IMG/VR virus record: IMGVR_UViG_3300028914_000071
Location: 13,509 to 77,508 of that record
Strand: one strand, 5' to 3'
DNA: 64,000 nt
From: a virus
Lineage: Duplodnaviria > Caudoviricetes
Shown in pieces: positions 49,553-61,590 of this stretch. The notes beneath the pieces were generated by a model. It had not been told where the DNA came from, made no database searches, and saw only the letters and a list, made by a program, of their open reading frames with translations. Made by a program: the position numbers and the translations under genes. Within the stretch, counting starts at the first letter, position 1; the number at the start of each line of letters is the position of its first letter.

Positions 49553-50289
49553 GTAATTATTTTGAAGATGTTTATTTAAAAAGAATGAATAAAGATGGCA
49601 CAAATATACAGGAAAGAGTGAGAACCATGAAAGAACGTGAGTTTGATAAGCTGTTTATTCAGAAAACAAAATATCGCGCCGTAATTTATGGTATAAACGA
49701 TGAAGAGGTAGAAATCCCTTGTTCTGTATAGCCGTCAAAGTGGACACAAGATAAAATAGTTTCTAACATCTTAGTTCCTTTAAAGTTTTCGCGCCAAAAG
49801 ACGGGAGATATATTTAAGGTTTACCAAAAAAACAAAGATGTAGAATATAATAAACTATGGTTGGTTGTTTATGTTAGTGATGATATTACACACGGCTACC
49901 AATCTTATGAAGCTATAGAACTTGATACAACTATTGTCATACCAAATCAGTATGGCGAAACTCTTTATACTATCCCGGCAAAAATAGTTAGTGAACAATC
50001 TGTTTTTGTTTAGGATAAGATAATGTCATACGGAGCAGTATCCTATAGAGAACCACTTGCTCATAGAAAGTTTATGACATAGAATTTTGACTTCCTTAAG
50101 AAAGATATGTATTTTACATATGAAGGAAGAGGATGGAAAATATCTGGTAATGACGATTTAAGTATTAAAAACGTAGCAATTCTTTCATTTGAAGAAACGC
50201 TCGTTTCGCCGCCAGAGCCAAATTCATCGAGAGATATTTTGGTAGGAGAAGAAGACAACTTCTTCTTGAATCACGAGAACAAGAGGTGA
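49549..50289 (+). CDS. probable head-closure/neck protein (code 15)
   Basis: Fragments 49549 and 50107 in frame through three TAG. Confidence 0.7.
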
Positions 50290-50294
50290 TTAAC

Positions 50295-50798
50295 ATGGAA
50301 GAATCAAAAGTTAATTATGGTCAAGAGTTTGGCAAGAACTTAATTAAAATAGCTAAAAGCCTACTTAAAAACCAAAATCTTTTAAAACTCTTAGTTAACA
50401 CCGATGTTGACCCACTAGGGGCTCAGCATAAAGACATAGAAAATCCTATGAAGGATATATTTGGTAAACAGATACGTGTAGTACCATTAGTCGAAGCTGT
50501 TGATGAAACAACCACAAGTAAACTTGTTATAGTTTATGCCGGCGGTACAGTGTATGATGATAATGCCAAAAATGAACGTTCTACTATTTTAGTATATGTC
50601 TATAGTCCATTTGAAGAATGGCTAATTGCTGGTGATAACTTAAGACCTCATGCAATTATGGCGGAAATACGCAAATCACTCCAAAACAAGACAATTAATG
50701 GTTTAGGAGAAATCAGATATGACGGTTTCGACCTCTCTTCTCTTACAAAGAATGTGGGAAGTTATGTAATGAGGTTTACTGTTGGCACTTTCAACTAA
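50295..50798 (+). CDS. probable tail completion/terminator protein
   Basis: GAGGTG RBS; position before the tail-tube genes. Confidence 0.6.
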   Translation: MEESKVNYGQEFGKNLIKIAKSLLKNQNLLKLLVNTDVDPLGAQHKDIENPMKDIFGKQIRVVPLVEAVDETTTSKLVIVYAGGTVYDDNAKNERSTILVYVYSPFEEWLIAGDNLRPHAIMAEIRKSLQNKTINGLGEIRYDGFDLSSLTKNVGSYVMRFTVGTFN

Positions 50799-51531
50799 TC
50801 AAATGAAAGTGGTAAAGGAACAAGCTTATGGCGGTTATCCTTCGTGGTTCTCTAATATCTGCCAAGTTAAACCTATTACCATGGGCGAATTTTTAAAAAT
50901 GGGTTCAACGACCTATTATACACGTTTAGGTTTACTACTTCTTACGACTCCGGAGATTGAGAATATCATTACCGAAAAAGGACTTAAACCTGAAGAATTT
51001 GGTGACCTTCGCCCACTAACATATTTGCTTAGAAATGCCGAGGCTAGTGATTCGTTTTTGTTAGAACTAGAATCGGCTTTTTCTACCTTTATAGACGAGG
51101 AGATATTATTACTCCCAAAATTAAACGCTGTTCTTGTCGGTTCGCCGGAAGATAAGCGACTTATTACTAATGATAATTTTGAAGACTTTCAAACAATTTT
51201 GCGACTTTAGAACAGAAAAGATGTTCCAGAGCCGCCGCCAGAGAACGAATCTGCAATAGCCAAAAAGATGCGTCTGGCAAGAGAAAAGCGCGAAGCAGTA
51301 AAGCGCAAATAGCAGTAGCAAAACGGCGAGGAACAGAGTCTTGAAGATTTACTGGAGATTGCCGAGGTTTTCGGAATTGATTATTAGAATAAATCTCTTT
51401 ATTGTTTCTATGGTTTACTTTCAAGATACCAGCGAAAAGAAAAATGGGATTAGGACTTACACACGCTATGGGCGGGTGGAGACCCTAAGAACATAAAGCC
51501 CGAATATTGGGGCTTATCTAAAAAAGATTAA
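50782..51531 (+). CDS. probable tail assembly protein (code 15)
   Basis: Open through TAGs, including AAA-TAG-CAG-TAG-CAA (a Gln run); TAA 51529-51531. Confidence 0.7.
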
Positions 51532-51549
51532 CTAAGGAGGTTGAAGTTA

Positions 51550-54500
51550 ATGGCAGACAATCTTTATGAAAAATTTGGTTCTCGTGAAATCGTTGACCTT
51601 ATGCTCGAAAGAATCGACACAGTAAAGGAAACATACGAATCACGTAGAAACTTTTAAGCATCTTCTATTCTTAAAGGCGCTCTCACAAGAACAATGGTTT
51701 ACCCACTTGATGAAACTGGCGCTGGCGCAGAAGAAGGTTTTGAAGCTTACGTATTTAAGAACGCTGACATACTTACTCATTACAACTACGATTGTGATGA
51801 TATAATCGACGTTAAGGGTATTTCAATCCTTACAGATGACGGTACACTCGTTTCTGGCACATATGCTGTTGGTGCAGAAGTTCCATCTTCAAGCGCAGAC
51901 TTCACAGCTATTTCAAACTATGTAAAGGGTGGTACTCCTGCTAAGATTTTCGGCGCATCAAACGTTGAGGTTGAATCTCTTGTTAACGATGAATCTGGTA
52001 GCGCAGTAGACGCTGCAGAACTTTTTGCAGAAGGCTACGAAAGTGACACAATCACAATTTCTAAGATTAGATGTCGCGGCGAAGCTAACACAGATACATA
52101 TACAGGAACAATCACAGTAACTTTCACACTTGCTGACACAACAACAGGTACAGCAGTATTTACATTTGCTGATGCTACACTTTCAAACAGTGTTGCCGCA
52201 ATCGTAGAATCTGCAAAGAGCAACTCACTTACAATCGCTCAGGTTCAGGGCTTAGTTGCTGAAGCTGGTTCAAACGATGATGTTTCAGTTGCTTACACAA
52301 GCATGACAGCTTCTGACATTGCTGATGCTACAGTAGCTTCTGTTGCTACAACAGGCTTCTCTGCTATGTCTTATGCAATCACATTCTCAACAGCACTTGT
52401 TTCTTCAATCGAAGCTGGACAGGGCGCTTACGACATCAACCCAGATTCTGCTGCTCACTATGTAATGGACAGCGATAAGACACCTGGTACACATGAATTC
52501 TCATATGCTGAACAGGTATGCATGTTATTCGCTAAGAATCAGAACCTTATCACAAAGTCTGGTACACGTTATAGATTCGCTAACCCTGACTCAATGTTTG
52601 CTGGTATCGAATTCAATGACAGCTTTGCGGCTGCTCCAGGTAGCGAAACAAAGGTTGTAGTTGTTGGCGTAGCTGGTTCTGTTTCAGAAGGTCTTTACGA
52701 CATCGTAGAAGTAAACAAGACAATCAATCAGCTTACAGAATCATACAGCGCAAAGGCTTATGACATCACATACAGCGATTATGCAGAACTTCTTGTTGAA
52801 AATGAAATGGGATTCTATGTTCCACAGCAGCTCGGTGGTGCTTACAATAAGAAGACAGGTACAATCACATTATTCGACCAGAATAATACATATTACGACT
52901 TCGCTACAGCTCGTAAGGGCGTTGATACAGGTATCTACAATGCAGTAAATACTTGGGGCGACGACACACACTACAGCATTAACGATGCAATTGATGCTCT
53001 TAAGCAGAAGGCTAAGACACTTGACGCTTCTGTAGATTCAAGTGAAACAGGCTTCACAAGAGTATTTGGTGGCTACAAGGTAACTGGTAAGGAAACTGTT
53101 GCTTCACCAATCATCGACGACATCGCAGCACAGAACAAGTACAATAGCTACACAATCAATGGTGTTGCAGTTACTGACCTTGTTACTGGTAATGCACTTT
53201 CATCACTTTACAATCTTGAAAGCGTACTTAATGCTCTTGCTTGTGCTGACACAGACGGTCAGGTTGGTCAGATTAGAATTCTTTCATCTGAAGCTAAACA
53301 GTCAAATAGAGCAATCTATGTTGACCCATCAAGCGGTGCTCTTTCAAACAGCGCACACATTTACTTACTTACAAACGTAAATGCTAAGAGCCTTGCAACA
53401 GATAACAACGGTATCTTCGAGTTCTTTGATAAGGCTGGTAACAAGCTCTTCTATCAGGACAAGGTATTCGCTGGTACTTGCAACCTTGCACTTATTACAA
53501 TCGGTTCATTCGGACTTGTATTTGTAGTTAATAAGTACGGCACAAAGGCAATTAACAAGATTGCTTGGATGATTAACGAAAACGGTTATGCTACTGATGC
53601 TCACCTCGTAAGAGTTGTTAAGAATGGTCTTATTCACACAGTAGATTGCAACGAATTCGGTACATCATTCGATGCTACTTGCACAGTTGCTGCTATCAAG
53701 ACAAGAAAGATTACAAAGAACGTTACTAAGTACACTCCAGTTCTTTATCTCGATACATTAAAGGTTACTAACCTTAACCAGACAGCTCAGAAGTCACAGG
53801 CTGAAGGTGGTCGCGGCAACGCTAAACTTATCACTTGGGACTACGGTAAGGAAATCACACTTCACTTTGAAGATGCTCTCTTTACACCGGCTTCAATGGC
53901 TGCTCTTTGGGCAGGCGGAAATAGCCCGGCTGAAGCTGTTCAGGACACAGATGTTGTAAACAGATACAACAAGTACACAGCAAAGAGAAACTTCATTGTA
54001 CCAGCTGGTAACTCTGAAGGTATTCCATCTGAAGGCGAAGCAACAGCTCAGGCAGTATATCTTGACCCAGAAACACTTCAGCCATATCAGGATGGTACTC
54101 CAATTGCTAAGGGCGAAGTTTACATCAAGTTCACACGTTCAGTTGGCTATAACGGAAACGCTATCGCTAAGGAAATCATTGTTTCTGCTGAATCATTCCC
54201 AGGTACATACCGTGTAGTTGGTGAAACAGTTGTAAGAAACAAGAAGACTGGTAAAGACGAAAGCTTCCAGATTATCATTGCAGAAGCTAAGATGACAAGC
54301 GAAAGCACAGCAATCGAACTTTCTGCTGATGGTGACCCAGTAGTATTCAGCTTTGACATGGACGTTCAGAGACCTGAAAACGGCGAAATGGTTAAATTCG
54401 TTCAGTTTGAAATTGTAGAAAATACAGAAGAAAACGATGGTTCAACAATGATTGTTGGTACTGAGAACCTTAACCTTCTTGATGAAGCTGAACTTTACAA

Positions 54501-54555
54501 GGTTGACGGAGAAGACGAGGGCGAAGCAATCGCTATTGGCGCTACAGAATATTGA
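51550..54555 (+). CDS. tail-tube-like protein 1 with large insertion; in-frame TAA at 51655-51657
   Basis: AAGGAGG RBS at 51550; N-terminus FGSREIVDL matches the paralogs; YLDTLKV, GGRGNAKLITWDYGK..EDAL, FPG.Y, GDPVVFS motifs. Confidence 0.75.
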
Positions 54556-54576
54556 TTAATTGAGAGGTGATACTCA

Positions 54577-56595
54577 GTGAACTTATTTGACCAGTATGGT
54601 ATAAAGGAAGCCGCTGATGTAACCATTTCAAGTATTCATAAGAAAAAGGATGGCTCGGGAGGACTCTATCGCCTCCCAGCCTTATTCCTTGATACTTTAA
54701 AGGTTGCAACTACAGAAAAATCTGCTGATGGCACTTGGGCACAAGGCGGCAGAGGTAACTCTAGACTTATTTCATGGGATTTCGGTAAAACAATTAATCT
54801 CACACTTGAAGATGCACTTTGTACACCAGCATCACTCGGCTTATGCTGGGGCGGTGTTCTTGGCGCAGATTGGAAAAATGGTCAGGTTGATATAACATCA
54901 GGACTTGTTAATAATTGCGGCGTTGATAGAGTTAGCCGTTTTGAAAAATGTTTCTATCCTAGAAATGATGGTGCAGAAGCTACAGTTGGTAATTTACTTC
55001 CAAGAGATGGCTCTGAAGACGTTGTTCAGGACTTCAATGGTGACCCGATTTATTTACAGCGTTCATCTGTTATTGATGGTGTAAATATTAAAGGTTTCGG
55101 TGCAGTTAAGGGTAAGCCTTACAGATGGGCCGCAGAAATTGAGTCTGAGGTAAGGTCATTAGCTATCGTTCCGGATAGATTTTTTAATATCTATGGTAAA
55201 TCTTATCCAATTAAGAGAAGACAGACAGTTGGTATTAATCAGCCATCTGAATCTTTTAAATATGAGATTACTTATAAGAGAGGTTATGATTTATATGAGG
55301 ATACTCCGGTAGCCGCAAAAATCATTTATCATAAACAGAACGAGAATGGTGAAACAACAAAGGCTTGTGCTAGCGTTGTAGAAGATAAGGCACTTAGATA
55401 CTTAGATGATGTTGATGCTTACCCATTCTTAAAAATCAGAGTTTGCCTTGATGGTTCTATCAGAGCTTATCTTGGTGCAACTACTGTAGACTGGGATTTA
55501 ACAAGAAAAATCGAAGATGTTGACCCAGAAATCGCTGGAGACGGCGTAGCACAGGAAGACCTTGCTTGGATTGACGTAACAGAAGTTGTTGATGTTACAC
55601 AGTTTGCCGGCATTGATATGTGGGTAAGATTTGATAGCATTAATGCTCTTGCTTATTACATCATTACTAAGTACAAGGAAGACATATACTCAATCGGTCC
55701 AAAAGATATTGTTGGTGGCCTTGATGATACAGTAAGACCATTCGCTAATTCAACATACGTTTCAACTCTTGATTATGCAAATAACCTTACTGTTAAACAG
55801 GGTATCACAACAGTTTTAGCCGATGAACATTCAACACTTGCTTACAACACTTGGTACACAGAAACAGATTTCCTTGATTTCTTTACTGATGTAACAGGTT
55901 TTGCGGTTGCTTTCCCAATCTTCCTTAGCACAGCCCCAGAGCTTGATGATAAGACAGCAGCTACAGCTTCAGTAGACAACTTCAAGATTGATAGAACAGG
56001 TGCTCTTTACATTAAGAGAACACTTGCAACACCATCAACTGTTGGTACTGTTGGCGAAGTAACAGGTGTGGATTACTCACTTACAGATTCAGAAGGTGTT
56101 TCAGAAGATACAGGCCTTTGCGTACCATGCTGCAAGAAGCCAAATCTTAGCCGCGAAATCTGGGCATATGTTAATCCAAACACAATGGCTCCTTACGATG
56201 ATGACTACTGGTTCCACCAGTCAGAACCATATCTTAAGGCTAGCTTAACACTTAGCACAAAGCAGAACCCAATTAACACTCAGAAGATTATCGTTGATAA
56301 GGGCACATTCCCTGGTGTATACCAGATTGAAATGGAAAGCTTTATCAGAAGCCGCGATACTCAGGAAGACCAGAGAATTAAGATTACACTCCCTGTATGT
56401 AAGATTAAATCTAACAACAGCTTCACAATGAGTCCTGATGGCGACCCAACAACATTCTCTATGGAAGTTGAAGTTGCATAGCCAAAGGAAGGCGGCCAGA
56501 TGATTATTGAGTTCTTTGAAGTTGAAAAAACTCAGAAACAGGGTTGTGGTGGTCTTGTACCAAAGGACGGTTCAACAAAAATTACAGCACAGTAA
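54577..56595 (+). CDS. tail-tube-like protein 2 (code 15)
   Basis: YGIKEAADV, FLDTLKV, GGRGNSRLISWDFGK..EDAL, FPGVY, GDPTTFS; one TAG at 56479. Confidence 0.8.
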
Positions 56596-56612
56596 TATAA
56601 AGGAGGGATAAG

Positions 56613-58499
56613 ATGGAAATGTTTGAGGAGTTCGGCACAAGAGAAGTCCTATAGGGCTGTCTGTATGCCATTGAACTTGACAAAGACGATAATGAAGTCG
56701 ATATCCCCGTTCTCTACATGGACACCTTAAAGGTGTCCACTGTAGATGAAAGTATTTCTTCTGCTTATTCTTCGGGCGGAAGTTGCAATCCAAAGCTTAT
56801 GGCTTGGGATTTTGGACGTGATATAGTTGTTAATTTAGAAGATGCTCTTTTTACTCCAGCTTCAAACAGTTTGTTCTGGACAGGTAAATTGGGTGCTGGC
56901 TATTTAAGATTATATCTGAGATACTTCTACGATAGAAACGTGGATGATTTCGCGCCAGACCAGTGTTTAAGAACAAGTACATTAGTTGCAGAAAAATTTT
57001 CTGATTTTATGATAATCCCGGATAGGTGGGGCGTAGATGATAAGCAATACGTTGGAGAATCGTCTATATATTGTTGGATGATAGACGGTTATGTTGAATC
57101 TACTGATGGTAATAATAGAATTGCAATTAATGATTTAATTCTGTTCTATAGAGAACAGACTTAGAAATGGTATTTCTTTAATGGTAAAGGCCCAACAGAA
57201 AATGAAGAGTCATGGTATAAGACTCCATACATTCATGATTAGGAAACTTATAATACCTATGATAATGAATACTTTGCTATACATTATCAGTATGGTAGAG
57301 AAGTTTTTGAATGGATAAGAGAACACATTACCAACGCTAAAAAGGAATATGAACCAGTGGCTATTGCTACATTAAAGGAATGGGGTAAAGATGTAACAGA
57401 TTCGGACGTTTTGTTCTTGACATAGAATTTATATATAGATGGTTATAGAAGTGGTTGCGAACGCAATAAACTTTATAGCCAACGAACAACTGATGAAAAT
57501 TATGCCATTAACAATGGCGATTACTTACCTTACCGTTATTTTGCTAATGTAAATGTAGTGTACAATACTAATATTACTTCGCCGCAAGAAACTATATACA
57601 AACTAGAAACAGGATACGACGATGCCTTCTATATAGAAGAATGTGAGGAATTCGTAGCTAAACAGGACTTCTGTATAGACACTGATGTAAATATGCTTCA
57701 CGGACAGTATAGATACCTTGACAAATATTCCCAGACACCTTTAAAGGTTTATTTGAACCCTAAGACAATGCAACCATACATACCAAATGCTTTTGAATTT
57801 TATCGCCGCAATGGTCAAAGGGTTACAGGTAACTTAGCTATAATCAAAGGTGGGGAACGTTATTATAAATGGGAACGTTTCAAGGCTAAAGAACACAAAT
57901 CATTAGGCAAAAGACTTATTATAGATTCTAAACATTATCCCGGCTACTTTAAGTTTGTTGGCCAGACTTTTATGCGCGATAGATATGGAGAAGATATTAA
58001 GTACCAAATTGAAATTCCATTATGCAAATTGTCTGTAACTAATAAATTAAACTTAAATGCAAGTGGCGACCCAACTGTATTCTCAATGAAATTAAATGCA
58101 TTAAGACCAAAGAATGGTCAAATGATTATATTAACTGCTTATGATGTAGTTAATAATGCTTGTCCTTGCGGCAAGAATATTGAAACTGTTGTTGAGGAAA
58201 CTAGTCCTCATCCAGTATTATATCCGGAAGAATATAGTGGTACTGTCGAACCAGATTTAACGCTTGCGGTTTACGCTTAGGATAGAGATATTGCTCCTAT
58301 CTTACTTGGTGAAGAGCAAGGTGAAGTAAAGACTACAGAAGACTACGAACTTGCGCCGGAAAATGTAAATGCAGTTATAGAAGGTACATTAAATGTATAT
58401 TCTATCGACGAAACAAAATTACCATCTTAGACTTTAGAGCCGCGTATTTTAACACCAGAAGAATACTCAGCTACTATCAAAGGAAGTGAGAGCGAATGA
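56613..58499 (+). CDS. tail-tube-like protein 3 (code 15)
   Basis: FGTREVL, YMDTLKV, GGSCNPKLMAWDFGR..EDAL, YPGYF, GDPTVFS; track fragments joined by TAG. Confidence 0.8.
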
Positions 58500-60610
58500 A
58501 TATTTTTGCTGAAAAAGGAATAAGAGATGTAGCTGACGTTACTTTATACTCAATAAACAGGATTGGGACTGAGGAGTTTTATCTCCCAGTCCTATATCTT
58601 GATTCTTTGAAGTTAACTAATTTTTCAAAGAATGTAGGTACATCTGAACACTATGGTGGTATAGGTAATAGAAAGACCATTTCGTGGTCTTATACAAAAG
58701 ATATTAAGTTAAAGGCAGAAGATGCTTTATTTACACAGGCTTCTCTAAGTATGCTTGCGGCAGGACAGTTAGCACAGAAAATGTCACCTTGGACATCTGC
58801 TATTGCTAAGTTAAGTGTGGCAAATAAATATGGCCGTAATTCATATTCTACAAAAGCTTACCCATCACCGGAATTAACTGATGAAGAGTGGGAGATAGTT
58901 TTTAGATGCGCGTAGAAAGCTGGTTTTAATCCAAGAACTGGGGATATGATACCACAAGAAATTTATAATGGCGGTGTAATTAAAAGAGGTGTTGATGAAT
59001 ACCATGACCATACCGCTAAATACCTATATGATTAGGATGACCAAGATAATGGTCTTGTAGCAGAAAACAGATGGTTATTAAAACAAGGTTATTTACACCG
59101 TACTCAAAAGACTCCATTCTCTTAGAATTTGGCACCTTATGTAGATATAAGTAAAGATGCTTAGGGTGTGGCTATTTATTTAAATACTGATAATACTTAT
59201 AAAATATACCAATTTATTACTGAATCACACTTAAATGATACTCTTGATTATAATTGTGGTTGCAGAATAAGGTATTATTCAGAAGAAGATAAGGAAACTA
59301 AAGAATTATATTGTAGTTTTTGTACTGTACTTCTTCATAGTTATAAGGGTATTGTTGCTAAGATGGCTGGAATTGTGATAGGCAGTGGTTCTGAGCCAGA
59401 GCCTGGTTTTAAGGGAGCTAGAGCATTATCATCTGAAAATACTAGTGCCGAAATATTCTATTAGATATTTCCAGGCAGCTTTATGGAAAGTCACTCTACT
59501 GAATTAGTAATAGGCAATAAAGAATTTTTAGATAATATTTTATGGTTCTTACTCTCTAAATCAGAATTAGATACAATATTTAGTTAGTACACCACATATG
59601 GACTTAATAAATAGGACTATTCTAATCCATATTGTTGGTTCTAGACTTAGAAAAAGCAATGTCTAGCAATGCCACAACAAATTATAAACCTTATCTCTGA
59701 TGAAATCAATGAAATAAAAGATTACGGTTATCAGTAGAACTCCTTAAAGGAAGTTAAACAAATTGACCGCTATACAAAATGTACAGTTACCGACCCTCAT
59801 GGTCTTAAAATAGATTTGGTAGAATAGTTCTCAAACATAAAGAAAATGTATAAAGATGAAAAGGATAATTACATAGTTTATTATGATGCCAAAACTATGA
59901 TGCCTTTTGCACAATCCACTTTCTTAACAGAAGATATAACTGAGCAAAAAGGTATAACCCTTATGAATAGATATGATACTATGCAAGATTTTCTTGCCGC
60001 GAAAAAGAATAAGTTCTTAGATGCTATTCAAGATTATTTATTACGCCTTTATGGACAAGAAGCTTCAGAATGGGTTTCTTCATTAACTCCAAATGATATT
60101 ATAATCACGAAGATAGATGAAGATGCCGCAATTGCTCTATTCCTTATTACTAAACGCGATTATATCACACTTAAATATGGTACGTGCTACTGGAAAAAGG
60201 AAAGAGTGGTAGATACTGATGATAACGACATCTCATTCTTAGGCATTAACATCCCAATTAACTACGATACTTTCAAAGGCGAATATCTTATTGTTGGTGA
60301 CACAATGGTTAAAGACCAGGCAACCGGTAAAGACCAGCCTTGTCAAATTGTAATAAATAGAGCAACAATTTCTTCATCAACTACATTAAACCTAAGCGGA
60401 AAGGGTGAGCCAGCAACATTCTCGTTTGATGTTGGTATTCTTGACCCGATAGATGAAAATAAAGATGCTGTTGAATTAATATTCTACAACACAGAAAAAG
60501 ATGAAAGAAATGGCGGCGAAAGAATTATTCCTCAGAGCAAACGATATGCTCGGACACCAATTCTTAAAACCAAAGAAGAGGTAGTTGCCGCAAATGAAGA
60601 AATGTATTAA
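58496..60610 (+). CDS. tail-tube-like protein 4 (code 15)
   Basis: KGIRDVADV, YLDSLKL, GGIGNRKTISWSY..EDAL, GEPATFS; eleven in-frame TAG. Confidence 0.8.
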
Positions 60611-60614
60611 TAAC

Positions 60615-60645
60615 GAAGTGGGCTTAATCGCCCACTTCTTTTTTT
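60615..60645 (+). terminator. intrinsic terminator
   Basis: GAAGTGGGC-ttaatc-GCCCACTTC plus T run. Confidence 0.85.
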
Positions 60646-60690
60646 ATTTGTGAACAGTTTCAGCTACAATATTAAAAAGGAGGTGATATT

Positions 60691-61590
60691 ATGGAAGATA
60701 ATCTTGTTGGAATTAAGGAACTGTATGATGTCAGTCTTAGATTAAACGAGGAAATTACTATTGGTAGTCAACACTATGACATCAATGAAGCTATTCTCAA
60801 TTTTGAAAGAGCTGATATAGCTCAGGTTTCTGAACAAAAAGACATCAGAGAAGCCCGCGGCGGTTATCATAATCATATGTTAATGGACTGGGTAACTGAT
60901 ACACAAGCAAACTTCGCAATATCAAACGGAATACTCTCAGCAACGTCTTGGAGTGTATTAAGCGATTCTAAAATAGGTAGACCTACTGTAAAGAGTGTGG
61001 GGTATAAGGAAGAAGTCCCTGTCGTTGAAGACGGAGACAATTATTTTTGTCTTTTAAAGTTTTTACCAAATGCCGTTGATGGACCAGTAGGCTTACAGGG
61101 TAATCCGGAAAATGAACCTATGCCAATGGGTCGTAAACCTTGGATACCACTTAAACCACTTGCACCGCAATCAGATAAATACATATTCTGCTATGATGGG
61201 GAGACTGGTAAACGCATTAAAAACTTTGAAATTTGCGGCAATACAATAATCTTTATGGCGGAACATAAAAAGGTGGTTGTTGACTATACCTTTGATTATA
61301 CAGATAAGATTATTGAGTTAGAAGTTGGTAATAGATTATTTAAGGACTTCTTACGATTAACTGGTAAGATGACTGTTAAGGATTATATTACTGGCTAGCC
61401 AACTACAGCTATACTTGAAATTCCTCGGATTAAAATACGTTCAAACTTAGCAATGAAGCTTGGAACATCATATAACACCTCTGTTGTAAGTGATTTTAAC
61501 TTTGTTGGTTTCCCGGCTGAAGATAGATTCGATGAAAGAATATTTAATGTTACTTTTTTAAATAATGAAATATCAGGTGATTATATATGA
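60691..61590 (+). CDS. divergent tail-tube-like protein 5 (code 15)
   Basis: VGIKELYDV, RGGYHNHMLMDW, TGQPTTAILEIPRIK; one TAG. Confidence 0.7.

Noticed and set aside
689-54359. Many short antisense or alternate-frame ORFs in the track (e.g. 689-910, 1455-1721, 19098-19694, 45494-45925, 47899-48291)
   Set aside because: They overlap better-supported genes or span promoter and dyad spacers, and lack RBSs.
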